Assembly: GCA_051294905.1 (NCBI GenBank) | Contig: CM119372.1 | Coordinates: 21,702,001-21,766,000 of the forward strand | Direction: 5' to 3' | DNA from: Botryllus schlosseri | Taxonomy: Eukaryota | DNA: 64,000 nucleotides | Part shown: positions 11,607-26,059 of the stretch, piece by piece | Layout: every line of letters begins with the position of its first letter | Numbering within the stretch: the first letter of the stretch is position 1 | Program-made: the position numbers and the translations under genes | The notes under the pieces: generated by a model | Databases searched by the model: none | What the model saw: only the letters and a program-made list of their open reading frames with translations | What the model was told of the DNA's origin: nothing

Positions 11607-14600
11607 AATAGAGACAACCAAAAAAGGTCATACTGCACAAAAAGCGCGTTCCAGTATAAACCTGGTTCAAATTCTTATGATATAATTTGATGAATATTGA
11701 TTATAATAATGATTATTATTATTATCATATCGTATATAAAAGTACTGAAGCAACGGAGCGATTGCTTCTTTTATTTGAAACAGTGCTACAATTGTGTCTC
11801 ATGTGGGAATGATTTGAATGAAAATCGCCGTTTCATTGTTATCACTAACGTAAATGGTCTTTCACGTAATATCGTAAATGCAGAGTTATAGGTTCACTCG
11901 TTGCTAAATTGTCACCAATTGGCACCAAATACCATATTTGCATGAGTGCATCACGTTACGATCAATGTACTCGGTCTTGATACTTTGCAGTCGACATACG
12001 TCATGCAAACGCTGACACAGAAGGCTCTAGGCATGGACATGGTCAATTGGACATGGATACGGACATGGACAGTCTCAGTTTTGATGGTACCAACTGAGCT
12101 GGATCGAAACTAGAGTGGTAGTTTTGTTGACCATAAACAGAAACATGTACCATGGCCTGGCCTTGGAGCCTCAACAGAATTGGTTGACGTTTTTGAGAAG
12201 TCGGCTCGGAATCGTTCCGGAAATTTGTCGCTCCGCTTCACATTACTATTAGCTATCGTGGAGAACCGTTACCAGCGGATTTGTTCTACTAAGACTTATT
12301 TGTCTTTGAGTGCATTCTGGTTAAGGTGACGATATTGAATGGGTTGTTGTTCATGAAATGTACCTTCAATACATCATGCCCCGCATATAAATCATATCTC
12401 AATTAACTCACCGCTTTCTCGCGATTATGACGACTAATATTGTCGACACCAAGAATATAACAGCGGCCACAGGTGCCCACACCGCGACGTTGTTGAGAGA
12501 GTCACTTTCACCGCTCGCGTTTTCAATGACGACAGTCGTTATTGAAGGGGAAACTTCAACAATAACACAAAGTTTAATGCACAAACCGTAAATAGCCTAT
12601 AACTATCGATATAATCTACCGACGATATAGCGTACAGCTAAAGGGTACTTGAGTTTATACGGAGCGGCTGCTTCGATATTAATGTAAACCACTTCGATTC
12701 AAATTGTTTCTTAGATTCATACTATATATTAATATTAGACCAGTGGTTCTCAACTGCAGGTCCATGGCAAGGTTCCTGTCGGTCCACCAAATAAAGTAGA
12801 ATTTTCTATTTCAATCCTAAAATGCAATAATTTGGACGCTTGTTTGGACGCTTAGGGAAATGAAACGTCAAATTGTAAATGGATTTAGAAGTTTAGAACG
12901 AACTTTCTGCATGATATCGTAATAGACAGCTCATGGTCTACTCTCGGCGTACGTCACAATGCTTCAAGTTTTGTACAGAACTCTTTAAAAGTAGCCGACA
13001 ACTCGTTGGGAACAAATTATATATGAAATCTAAGGAGACGTATACAAATACTTGATTGAATTCCGACTGTGCGATTGAGCAACACTTGGCATTACAATAA
13101 AGGCTATAGCAAACCGCAAAGTCGCTTTCTTGCAACGGAGCCGAACAAAATCAAGCCAGTGGTCTTAGCTGACTTCGGTAGCTACTCACAGAAACTTCAA
13201 TAAAACAAAGTACAAATATATGATATCAAAAACACAGCATCACATGAAATTTCCAATATTACTTCTGAATTGCATATATTTGTCGTCATTAAAGTTAGGG
13301 TAAATATTGATTTTTGAAAGTTCACCGGTCCACAACATAAATTTGTGCCTTTCTATTCACTCTGCACGGATGCATGACAGACAAACCATAAAATCGCCAG
13401 CTACACGCATTCACTATAGTTACTCCTAACTCACAGACATCTTTGATGGGTGCAAGGTCCGGCATCCGTCAAAATCTAGCATCGATATATAAGGATGGTA
13501 ATACGAAATTATGACATAAATGGTAATATAATTAACATTATTGCCGTTTTAGAAACTTGGTAGTTTCAGCATAAATCACACTCATTCCGAGTTCAAGAAA
13601 CATAACTTTCCTCTCTGGTGACTTCGTGCCCCCTTCAGATGCTTTCTCGCTCCCCATTGGGGGTGCGCGCCCCAGTTTGCGAACCACTGCTTAGTTGAAT
13701 CAGAAACAAACACGCGAGGTACTCAAGGCACCAGGCTGAGTGTCGATACTGATGGGTACAGGGTGCAGACTACAGGTTGATGTATGGACTGTAATGTAGG
13801 GCAAGTTTTTGCAGCTTTTGCAACTTTTTTTACAGCTTCCGGCAGCTACCTAAATACTCGTAAGATATGTAGAATGCTGTTTTAAGCTGTTTGAAGGAAT
13901 CTTATAGTGCAAATCTTTGCAACTTTTGTCCATATTTTTCATGCAACTTTTTGCAACATTTTGCAACTTTTTCGATTTTTCATTAAAGTATTCTCGATTT
14001 TGGTGAAATACACGGCCAAATTCGACTGAAACACCGTAAATCAGCACTGAAGTAACGCTTTTACGGGTATTTCGGGAGCTGAGCCGGAAAATTGATCTTT
14101 TTTTAGTCAACCGAGCAAAATGTGGTCAAAATGCAACTTCTGCAACTTTTTTCGAAAATAAATGAATAAATGCAACTTTCCACGGATTTAATTGCAACAA
14201 AAACTTGGCCTAAATCACTCGAAACACGAATAAGAAATGTAACCATATTGTAACCATATAAAATATAACAGCCGCCTGACTGACGTGCCTGTGGTGATGG
14301 TGACTCTCATATAGTTTGACCAGACGCTGTTGCGTAATATTTGAAACGATGCAATGTTGGATTCGGTACCGATTCAACATGGTTTGCTAAACATTGGCTT
14401 ACCCTCACTGTATTCGTTTTCCGACGTTATCGATATTGTAGATCCTGTTGTACCAAGCAAGCCCTTGGAGGTTCCATCAGAAGTAACCGCGAGTCGATCC
14501 GATTTTGATGTTGCAGTCTCAGTTGAACCACTACCATCAGTGCTGTCAGAATAATGGGTAGTACCCAGCGAGACGGTGACTGTAGCAGAAATGTCCGCAT

Positions 14601-16493
14601 CCATAATGTAAGAAGTCTGTTCAGTGTGTTCTCTTAATGAAGTAACACCATTCGTTTCTGCCGGCTTCGTCACAGCAGTTCCTGTATTCGTACTGAGATT
14701 AAACTGCTGTGCGTTCGTTGAAATCGCAATCGACGCGGTAGTTGTAATACTATTAGTAGTTTGTAAAGGTGAGGCTGTGAAGTAATCAGTCGCATGATAA
14801 AGTTAGTACTGTCGTGTGTTTATCGAACTATCAGTATTACTTATTCCCTTTTCAGTAACGGTAACGGTAGGTGATACATTTATCATTCCTGTAACAGTTG
14901 TCGCTGTGGTAGTACTGTTCACGCTGGACACGCTGGTAAGTGTAATAAAGCCAGAAGTCGTGTATATTGCTGTTTTATCATTGATCACTCACGTTGTAGG
15001 ATTGTAAGTAAGAATCGAGGTGCTCCTACGAATGCCGGTAGTATTTTGTCCCATTCCTGTCAAATTCATAGAAAAATTTAATGAATAGCGATCCGGTTCA
15101 AACAATAGGTGGAAAAGCAAAGTCGCCATTTCGCCACGATACTGGGGCGACGATCAAATCGAGTCCTTGTGCTCAACTGCTCGTGCATAGTCACATTACA
15201 AAACGACAGCTGGGAGTGATTAGAGCAACTTATCGAATGCGGGAACAGAATAAAATACGAATGGTGCGATATCTCGCGTTTTCGAGTCATGTAACCAGAT
15301 TCAGTTTGAAATGACTGTCACATCGTCACCGTAGTTTGGCATGTAGACTAGATAGACTGTGCTGAATGAATATTCTTCGTGAGGTATTTTCATTGTTGAG
15401 CTTGGAAGTTGACGATACGTAATGCAATGGATGGTGATCTTGTAGCTAATTTTTTAAGCATACATTTAGATATGAGACGACCTTTCTCATTCCGCAAATT
15501 TGACTGAAGAAACAAACAAGGAATCTTTTAGTGATACAAAATATGTGAACTGTGTTCTACCATATAAAGAAAAAAATCTCCACTTTCTAAACGACTTTGA
15601 CGCTCGTGAAGTCCGTCCGGTGAATACTGAGGAGGTGACTAAAGAATATACTTACAGAGTTGATTAATGAAATGTCATCAATGAAACATGGATTTTGAGA
15701 TCCTTGTCTAAATATAACTTATAGACTGCAGTTGGAGCAAACTTCCAGCAGAGATGTGTAAGTGCATTCGTTATATTACGAGAACACCAACGTAAAATAT
15801 GGCATATTTATAGGACATTTTTGTGGAAAAATATGAATAGCTGAAAAGAGTCGATAGATCCGATTCGTAAAAACAAAGGTCATTTTGGCGTAAAACATTC
15901 GGTTAACCAATGATGTTTACCATGAAATGATACTAGTACAATCTCCTTGAATTTCATCAGCTATAAGTAAAAGCATAGAGATTAATTTTGTCTGTATAGT
16001 AGAATAACGTTCACGTCGCTTCTGTATCCATATCCACATTCATGAAGCATGTCGAATGTGCTGGTTCAAATCAGGAATAGCGATCATTGCTACCTTCACA
16101 ATAAAGTTCCAATTCTTATTAAAATGATGTTTTTTCGTTATATCTAACAACAATCTTCGTTCTTCTCTCTCACCAGTGAGTGAACTTGCCATCACGTATT
16201 AGGCTACCTATGAGTACGGTTGAGTAGGGTCAAAGGAGGCATATTCACCCTATATTTTCAATTGTCAATGTCCTTCCAATGTGACGCCACTATCAAATAT
16301 TAGTGACGTCAAGGCTTAAACAAAATATTTAAAAAAAAATCAACAAGGACCATATTTTAAAGAAGTTTGCTTTGAATTTATTTTTGTTTTAAATGCAACC
16401 CTACCTATCAGAGATTAACGTAACGTAACGTAACGTAACCGGAATTAGGAAACCACTGCTATATACTGCGCGATCACAGTTGTTATTATAGAC

Positions 16494-17657
16494 CAGGGGT
16501 GGGCAAACTACGGCCCGCGGGCCGCATGCGGCCCTTCACACCGTTCTGTGCGGCCCGCGAGAGTCTAAAGAAACTTATTAAAAATATTGATAAAATGCGT
16601 AATAAAAATTGAAATACTGCTGGGACTTTATTAAACTTTTTCTTAGTATACTTCACCATGATGATTCTTAGGCAGTGGTTCTCAAACTGGGGGCGCACCT
16701 AGTAAAAGCATCAGAAGATGGGCGCGAAACTGAGCTCAACTGAAAAATTTTTCGCGCTTCGCACGATCTATATCGCATTCATACTTGTTGCTCTGTATTT
16801 TTAGTCTGAATTTCATATTAAAAAATCTCTCATCCATAGTCGTAACCTTCCATGCCATAAAACTATTTGTTAGGTTTGCTAGCATCCTGGTTGAGTTTTG
16901 TGATATGACGATAAGGGGGGCACGTACTCTTTTACCATCATATGGGGGTGATAAGGAAGAAGTTTGAGAACCACTGTTCTAAGGTAAATACTTCATACAT
17001 CATTTCTTTATGTTTAATTTCTGGCGCGACATCCCGATCTCAAGGCCCCCGCAGTTTGAAAGCTTTCAACTGCTAAACATCACAGAAATCCTAAACGAGA
17101 TTGACATAATTCGGATCACAAGTGTGATTTCAGATTGGCCACTCCAGTTTTAATTATTTCAGTGATGTGCTTATGAAAAACGATTTGCGCGTGCCTTGTG
17201 TAGATTTGTTCTCTGTATGCGCAGAATTAGGGTATTTACATTTTACCTACACATAGTGGAAGCGTGTTTGAAGCTAACATGGTTATTGGTTATGCTGTGT
17301 GGCCTAGAATTGATCCAGAAATGGAATTAGTAAATCTATGAACGGATCGCTGCTCACAGATTTAAATTCCAATCCTGTTCTAAGAATCGGGACAACCGAC
17401 TTTCATCTCTATAGTTTTGACATATTGGTTATTGAGGTCGACAAGCCTATGAAATCTCGCCACTGTTTCCGTACGATATCATCAAAGCAATGTTTGGATT
17501 GTTTTAAATAAGCCTATATATTATCATTATGTCCTCACTATATAATCAAATACCAATATTGCGTTTTAGTTTATAATCCGAATTTTATATAGTGCGGCCC
17601 GCGAATGGATTCAGATATTGAATGCGGCCCGCGAGCTCAAAAGTTTGCCCACCCCTG
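16494..17657. mobile_element. Non-autonomous hAT element
   Basis: TIR CAGGGGTGGGCAAACT and perfect TSD TTATAGAC (16486-16493 / 17658-17665). Confidence 0.95.
16673..16976. mobile_element. hAT MITE nested in 16494-17657
   Basis: TIR CAGTGGTTCTCAAACT; TSD TTCTTAGG/TTCTAAGG. Same family as 35663-35964. Confidence 0.9.
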
Positions 17658-18367
17658 TTATAGACAATACATACCTGTGTTCGAGTGAAATAATATTCCA
17701 ACTGACATCTGAAGCAAGAAACGCTCAACAGCATTGAAAGCCATTCTGCAGTCGAACTCTATTTATGGAGATGTTTTCTGTTTCGATTAGATTTTCCCTT
17801 GCTACAGAGTTAGCTTAGTTCGTCTTAATTAAACTTGCCCGTAGTTACGTTTCGTGAATGGAAGAGGAGTATCCAGCCACTATAACAGGGGTTCTCAAAC
17901 ATTTTCAAACGCGGCGCAATTGAAGGTAGTGAAAGATTTCGCGCCATCCCCCTTATCGTCATACTCAAACAATATTAAAAAGAGCAACCGGAATATTTAC
18001 GATCTCAATGCATGTTTTGATGGCATGGAAGGCTATGACTGTTGACACACACAGAGCAATTATAAGCTGGAAGTAAATGGCGCATAGGGTGTGAAAAAAT
18101 ATCCAGTTGAATATTTTGTCAAACATACACGCGAAGTGGTAGCACGTAGCACCGTAGCACATACATACTTCTGCGATTTTGGTGTTTAATCCCTTCTATT
18201 ACCTTTTTGACTTCAGTACAAACGTAAGTGACCTTACGCTAAATGAAAAAAAAACAATGGCACGCGCCGCACGCCATTCAGACTTGGCGCTTCTTCACGG
18301 ACAAAAATTCTTCCCTACGGATTGCAGGTGTTCGACAATAGAATAATACAATTGAGTACTTTGATAC

Positions 18368-20124
18368 CAGGGACGGGCAACATACGGCCCGCGGGCTGGA
18401 TCCAGCCCGAGAAGGGATTTCGACCGGCCCGCACAGAGTTTCTACCCTGAAAGTAAAATTCTATTCCGAAAGTAATGACAAATTTTATGCGTCACAGAAG
18501 GAATCCAAGTTTGCCAACCTGAGAAAGATGGATATGAACTACTTGCTCTGTTCGGGTGTACAACTTCGACCATGAACATTAACGAGATAAGGCTGCGTTC
18601 TAATATAAATAGGCCGTGTTATTTTTGGCATTTCGGAAACAAATGCCAAAACTGCCAAAAATCAAAGTTTTAAAATGCAAAAAATAAGGCTTTTTGTAAA
18701 TATAGATTTTTATGAAAGATTTTGCTAACAATGTCAACAAGAATTGACAGGAATTTGGATGAAGCGGCAAATTGAGCAGAATTCGTAAATTAGGGTCTGA
18801 GAATCCTTCAGAGGTCCGCACACTGCTGTCCAAGGGGTCCATGAACGGTATATGGAAAGGCCAGAACGTCCAGTGAATAAATCTGGCTTTGCGACCATTC
18901 TGTGGATTGATCAATCCAGCGATTAGGAAATAGACGATATCCAGCGATTAGAAAGTAGATGATATTAAGCGATTAGGAAGTAGATGATCTCCGTGCGCCA
19001 AAGTAGTAATCAGCATATTTTGTAATATGTGATATCAGGTCCCAATTTTATAATTTACTGCGATTACTAGGTATCTTCCTGTTGTCGATGCTCATGCATT
19101 TTGTTACATAATGTAACCGCCACCCATGACACAGGCCGCATTCAATGTGCATATGCTGTGGAATATACCAAATTTTATTCCCCCTCAACCCATGCAATTG
19201 AAAACTGTCTCCATATTCATTGTTCAATAACTCATATATTGTGTCACGTTTTTCAATACGGGCATAGTTTCATCAATGAACAGATGGTGCAAAAGGCCTA
19301 CAGATCTATGCGTACCATACATACATTTGTACATTCAGTCCTTTCCTCGTTTTTCATTGCTGGGTGGATAATTTTTCATATTATAAACATTGATTATATT
19401 AAAGTCGCTCATGATTTCTAACAATTGGTTTGGAAGTGAAGGCTGCGGTTCAAACGTGTCAGAAACCTCCTTGAATTGTTATCATAAGTATTGTGACCTG
19501 TGTAAATGCCGATAATTTTGCACTCATAGTGATCAATTATTGAGAAATATATTGCAGAAGCACTTGGTTTTGTATCGGGTAAATTTGGTCTCCAACATCG
19601 TTTTCAATGCGGATTTAAATCTTGCTGTTTGATGGCACAGTGTGGCTACTGCATGTTTTGTGACTTCTGTTTCGTAAGAAAGGCCACTGCATGTTTTGTG
19701 ACTTCTGTTTCGTAAGAAAGGCCAAACTGAAGCGTTTTACATAATAAATTCGAGTCTATAAATATGAATTCATGGCGATGCCAAAACTGCCAAAAATAAA
19801 ATCTGGAAAATGCCAAAAATGAGATATTTTTGTTAAAATAACATGGCCTGTAAATAACTGATGTTAACGTGTAGCCTTTACTAAGAGTTTCGACATACGA
19901 CATGCAGCCAGAGATCAAAGAACTTGTTGACAACTCTGACCGACCACAGGTGTCTGATTGACTAACAGCTACTGTTTATAAATTCATTAAATACGATGTA
20001 TTACTTGGATACGTGGATATAGGTGGATAAATACTCGATGAGTGTATATATTCTGTAAACCGGCCCGCCAAGTGCTTCATTTTCCCACATCCGGTCCGCC
20101 GATCAGAGTAGTTGCCCGCCCCTG
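18368..20124. mobile_element. Non-autonomous hAT element with internal insertions and short tandem repeats
   Basis: Ends CAGGGACGGGCAAC / GTTGCCCGCCCCTG; TSD TTTGATAC/TTTTATAC. Same ends as 58130-58990. Confidence 0.85.
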
Positions 20125-22908
20125 TTTTATACGCTTCTTAAAAGTGATATTCTACAAAATGCGTCCTAATTCAGTATAGCCTACTCGGAGTGGCTATTTT
20201 GACGTTATAAGCCACTTCGATTTAAATCATCCGTGTTTCTTGGATTTAAAATCCATATTGTACATGGCATATCATATGACCCTATAAGGAAATATCATAT
20301 TTCTCCCTAAATTATGCCATTCTTCACACTCTGCTTATAGATACATGGCATACAGACCACAAAAGCATCGGTTAACAGCTATACACGCATTCTTTACTCT
20401 TAAATCAGAGACATCTTCTGCTCGGTGCAAGGTCCGGTATCAGTCAACATCTAGCTTCGGTGAAATTTACGGACTCAATTCTGACATTAAAAATAGTAAT
20501 ATATCTATATTATAACAATTATTGCTATTGTTGAAACTTGGAAGTTTCAGCACAAGTAACTCATCCCGCCTTCAAGAAACATTTCTCTCAGACGGCTTTG
20601 CGCCCTCGTCAGATGCTTTCATAATCCCAGGGCGAGCACGCCTCCCAGTTTGAGAACCACCGCACTACAGACAAATAAAGTTGTCACTGTAGCTGGCACC
20701 CAGAAGAATCAGTCTTATTACCTGATAATGAATGGTTAGAAACGTATATTGCGCTTTAGTTGAATGCTGCGCATTAGCATATATGCGGACTCGCACTATA
20801 CTACTTGCTTTGTACACTGGTAACTATAGAAAGAAATCATTTTCAATAGCAGCTTCCTCGAGGCGAAAGCGAACAATATCACTGTAAACAACCTTTTTGA
20901 ATGACAGGCCGGATACAACAATTTGAATTAGATGACAAGCCCACGCTTTTTAAAACAATATGGTTATAGCTTTATATCATGTTGAAAGAACATCTATCAG
21001 GGTAGTCAGCATGAAATTTGGGCGCATCAAAGTGATCAGCTTTAGTGCCGCACCATGACCGACTCATGACTACTCGGAAAAAGTAAGACGACGTCACTAC
21101 GTCGCACTTCAAACATGCGGGCCAATGACATATCCACGTGAATAAGTCGGTATACTTACGGCAAATGCCTGTAGTAAGTTACTCGAAATATACTTCAGTG
21201 ACTTTCTAGAGACCCCGATATTAGAGCGGGGCATGGACCGGGGTCGGACTGGATATCCGGCCGGATTTTCTCAATTTTGGCCGGAGCGGGTTCGGAGCCG
21301 GGTCAATACTTTTTACGAAGAATAGGACAGCCTTACCCTCTTCCACCCTCGAATCAATAGTTAAAGAGACACGTTCATGGAAATAAACCACATTAAAAAT
21401 CCAAGTTGGCATAATTACTTCAGATAAGGGTTGGATTTGATCTTTGAGTTTTTAATTTCCTGTTTGCATTGTTTCAATCATCATTCAATACCCTCCTGTT
21501 AGTAGATATTTATTATCGTAATTTTTCTGGTCGGATCACGGTCATTTCTAAAAACCGGCCTAGGAGTCGGACCGGAGTCAGACCAGACCAGACCAGACCA
21601 GACCAGACCAGACCAGAGCTTTAAAACAGGATCGGACTAGGACCAGAGAATTTGCTAATCCGCTCCGCACTACTGATATGTTGTTTTAAAAACGACTATA
21701 TATAGCGGGATAGCTGATTGAGACGATTGTCTTCGAAAAGCTAGACAACTCTGGAGGTTCTGGCGAGTTTACATTGGGTGGATTCATCACTATTAATTGC
21801 TTTGGGGTAGCAGGCTACGATCTCGTAAGCTACCGTAAAGAAAATGGAACTCCTCACATGAGCCCGACAAAACTAAAAGGAAAACTCATTTGCTGAGAGG
21901 AAGACACAGTATTCGAGTGCCCTTAAATTTGGTGTAGGGCCTACTCTCTCAATAAGTGGAATTGTGACTGAATATCCAAAACTGTGGAAATGTATAAAAT
22001 TAGATGAAGTCGTAAGTCCGAGAAATCATAATAGAAATGGTCAGTGTAGCGAGCGACACACAAACCTCCCAGAAGCGGTAGCAAGCAGTTGGTTTGCATC
22101 CTCGTCCTCGGATATCCGAAAGCGGTGTTTTTCAAAAGCTAGTAATGGCAATGGACCGTGGAATGAGTCGGCATACCAGAAATCATAATAAACAATGTCG
22201 GCACGTACAAGAAACAGCGTGGACACTAAAACAACAAATAATGTAAAATATCGGTAGGGCCTACTGCCGCTTGTTCATGGACTGTCGATAATTAAGGAAG
22301 TGGCACCGTTCACACAATTTCAAATGCAGACCAATCGGTAGTCATTATGTATGAGAATTTTATGGATTCAACCCAAGTCCTGTCGGTGATACTAAGAATA
22401 ACAGATATACACTGACAGCACCACGCTGAAAAGCGGGCTGGCATTATCAAACATGTCTTTGTGGCGCTCTGTGTTTTTAGTTACAATGGGAAATAATATT
22501 AGGATGGCGATTCGGTTAAACCGGCGCCACATACGCATGATCACAAGGACGTGACGAGGTGGAGGCGAGTCGTGTAGTAGTATGTTTCACTGTTCCGAGA
22601 CAAGCAACTAAACCCGTTTTATTGAAAACAAAGAATATCAGTGGACATGTGAATATGTGGAAACAATGATGTAGGGATTGTCTCTGGAAGCATCATTTAT
22701 TACCTTTGATGAAATGCCTCATTATTTTTGAAAGGTCATAGCATTTCCAAGAATATTTTAGTGATCCGAAACCAAGATAGGCCGAGAAACACTGCGTGGG
22801 GTCCGCACCTGAGTAACCATATCTGTAAGTTGTGTAGTTTGGCACATCTTTATAGGATGACATATTGCGTCTGCTCCAGTAATTATATATTTCTTTCTCC
22901 ATATTCAG

Positions 22909-23980
22909 CAGGGGTCGGCACCCAATCTCATGCAGCGTGCCAAATATAAAGCTATTAGCAACATTTTAATTTTAAATGTATGCTCCTAATAGTCCAGAAC
23001 CTACATGTGGAACGCCCCCAGACTAAAAGCATTCGAACGGCTTCATGCGTTTCTCCCATAATTGTGAATACGTTGGGACTCTTTTTTGTACATTTTGCAT
23101 ACATTTATTTATATTAACATATGTGTTTGGCGAAGGGCCCCTACATCCCAATAAAAAATCTGGTGATAGTGAACCGCGCTATATATAGTATACGTATACG
23201 CGTATACGCGAAGAAAATTCTCGATATAAAGAAATCTGTACAAAATACTCGCTAACCTGCGACCCCATATGGTGATAAACATTATCGCTATCGCGTATTA
23301 GCGTTATGTGTATTGTTTTTGTGTTGTTTCTTCCCTTGTGGTTAGAAGTTTGCAATTGAACTCGCGAATCGAGTTCATATAAATGTTTTACCCGCAACAA
23401 TGTTGCCTGGTCATCAATCAATGATATATCACTGCGGTGTTCAACATTGAACTTGACAATTAATTACGCCAGCGCAGGTCATAATCATTTCTGGGCTAGC
23501 AATAGTGAATTCGCCTCTTCCATTTGTATTGTAAAGGAGCAATAACTCCAGAGAGTTTCGCCAAGAAAATATCATCAAGCGATAATTGCAAGAACAGTAG
23601 GCTACGTATGAACAGGAAAATAGAACAGTAATTTGAAACGTCATTACGAGACCAAACACCAAAACTGTGCCACGAGTTACGCAACGAAGACAAATTTACG
23701 TAGTAACAAAATTACCGGGCTGAAACCCTTAATCTTAAATTCTCATCAGCACTTGAAGAAACTGCTCCGCACTGCTTCGACGTCATATCAGCCTGATTTC
23801 AAACACGTTGCAGCCCAGGTGGAAACGCGTCGTATCACCACAATGTAATAAACTTCATTTATAACTTACCGTTCATTGTGTCGTAATTAATTTGCATTTC
23901 TGAATTTTTGTGTTGTGGCTCTTTTAAAGCAAAGATTTTTTATATACGGCTCGCACCTGAAGCAGGTCTGCCCACCCCTG
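22909..23980 (+). mobile_element. hAT (Charlie/SPIN-like) element with transposase N-terminal relic
   Basis: CAGGGGTCGGCA / TGCCCACCCCTG ends. NSNLKRHYETKH at ~23624-23659 matches the zinc-finger motif NLKRHYETKH of GTF2IRD2/EPM2AIP1-type hAT transposases. Confidence 0.75.
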
Positions 23981-25406
23981 ATCCATGGCATCAAAATTGA
24001 TAAACAGATTTTTTTTATTGAACCTATAACTAACGTCCTGCCTAGTCATTTATATCTAGCAGCTCATCTTGAAGTTATTCTGGTTTCGTGTTTTATGTCT
24101 ATCACAGGAGAAAATGGATTTTTGCAAACATATCGAAGTCACCCCGCTTGACCTTGCTACTCTTAACTTATGCAAAAAGAAATTTCAAATTTTACTGTCA
24201 ACCCCATAAAAATGTTAAGTTGCCTAAAAGAACGATGCAGAACAATTTTTGCTCAATTCCAGCCGGTAGAAGCGTAGTTATTGCAGTTGATAGTGTTAAA
24301 TTTGTAAAAATAGCATTGCCGATGAAAAAACTATTAGTGAAAAACTCAAAGTTGCTTCTACGCGTTGGAATTGCGTCAAATTTGTTCTGCATCGTTTACG
24401 TAGGCAACTCAACAATTTTATGATAATAAATTTCGATTTGCTCTGCGTTGGCTTCTGTACTGGTGGGAATTGAGCCAAATTTAATTTACAGCGTTTTTAG
24501 GCAACCAACCTATTCAATCAGTGAATCCCCGGGATCCGGAAAAAAGTTATTTTTGAACAACCCTATTGCACAGTATGCGTAGATATTTCATCTCAGACGG
24601 CCATTCTGTTGATGCGTGCTCTGAACTTTTAGCATTCATGAATCGAAACTGCCTTGTGATTTCCCTAATTTTAGGAAATGAAAATTAGATTATCTACCAT
24701 TTTGCACATGTAGAGGTTTCGCGTAACCCCTGACAATGCATCGTGGACCCCCGGTTGAGAACCACTGCCATAGTATATTAATATAAATTTTGGATCCTGT
24801 CTCATCAATACGCGTGATTAGATTTAACGGTGGCGCTTATGTGTAGGTGGTGCGTCTTCGAAGATTTTTGGCACGTAATCACACACATTATCAAGACCAT
24901 ACATGTGGTTCATGGGGGTTAAATTCGCACTGGCCCAGCATGCTGCTATTTTGTGACTTCCGGTATAAAGATTGTGGCTCACCCACCAGTCCAAAGTAAA
25001 ATAAAAATCCCCCCGGTAACGCGCGCAATTCCAATTTCTCATTCTTCACGGGCCGCATTATATTTTCCACTGTTGGTGTAATGTGTACCGCGGCGTTCAG
25101 ATTGCAAGGACAGAGCTATTCGACGTTGATTATAGTGGCCTCTGGACATATCAATATGGAACATTCCGACCAACATGTGGCGGTCACCAAATCGCCAAAT
25201 CACGAAATATCTTGCCGCTAAGTCGCGCGAAGAAGAATGTCAAGTCGAATGTATGTGCCTGCAAATATAGCAATTTATGTTTATTACCAGAATGAATCTG
25301 CACGCCTTCGAGCTCGTCCCCTCCAAATAGCGGGTTTGGGGTGCGACAGTTACGTTCCTGTGCCTCGGGCCAGTGTAATTCTCTGAGTTAGTAGCCTGCA
25401 CATTAG

Positions 25407-25756
25407 GGCTGTTCAAAAATAACTTTTTTTTCCGGATTATGGAGTATCGGATTATCCACCGATCGAGGATAATCCTAAGATCATCATCGAAAAACTCACA
25501 TATCTCCGCTTCTACTGGCCGGAATTGAGTCAAATTTGTTTTGCATCGTCTTTGAAGACAGCTCAACAATTTCATGGGGTTGGCAGAAAAATTTGAATTT
25601 TTTTTTTAAATTTTTCCTAATAAATTAAAATTTTTAGTTGGAGTCCCATACTTGTTAGAATTGAGCCAAATTTGGTGTACAGCGTTTTTTAGGGTAACCT
25701 GACAATTTAATAAGTGAATGGCTGGAGTCCGGAAAAAAGTTATTTTTGAACAGCCC
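25407..25756. mobile_element. MITE with GGGCTGTTCAAAAATAAC TIRs
   Basis: Long inverted ends. A related copy ends at ~24563. Confidence 0.75.
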
Positions 25757-26059
25757 AACTGTACAAGTGTACACTGTACATGCTCATGACACGGCCTATA
25801 ATTGCGTAATGGTATACTTCACTCATAAAACGATACAAATTTCTTCAAACAGTACTTCCTACTTGTCAAATCGAAAGTGTAAAAAGTAAATAGTGTGTAT
25901 TCAAAATATGTAGAAGTGGTCTAGAAATATAACTCCTTTGAACTCCTAATCGCTGTGACATTTGGTATTTGCAGGCCGCTGCCGCTCGCAGTTTCGGAGA
26001 TGAATAATAATATATATAAATCGCCGGAAATGTATAAGGCAGGGATCTTACGACGATGT

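Larger units (their letters stand above)
10334..22460 (-). pseudogene. Decayed type-I membrane receptor: IL-17R-like ectodomain fragments, Ser/Thr mucin stalk, TM and tyrosine-motif cytoplasmic tail
   Basis: TM exon ending 12412 (VAVWAPVAAVIFLVSTILVVIIARKR|gtgagt). Tail exons 10768-10622 and ~10556-10334. Mucin frame ~15390-14290 holds one frame through several stops. Further donor/acceptor-bounded exon relics at ~15.7, 17.7, 20.7-21.2 and 21.7-22.4 kb. Treating all of this as one gene is an inference. Confidence 0.6.

Noticed and set aside
15655..15700. IDDISL as a MAM-domain C-terminus
   Set aside because: No other MAM motifs are visible; treated as part of the decayed receptor.
18917..18990. 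Three ~24-bp repeats (and the GGAGTC, GTAATT and GATTAC arrays) as CRISPR-like
   Set aside because: No unique spacers or cas genes; these are tandem or subterminal repeats inside eukaryotic transposons.
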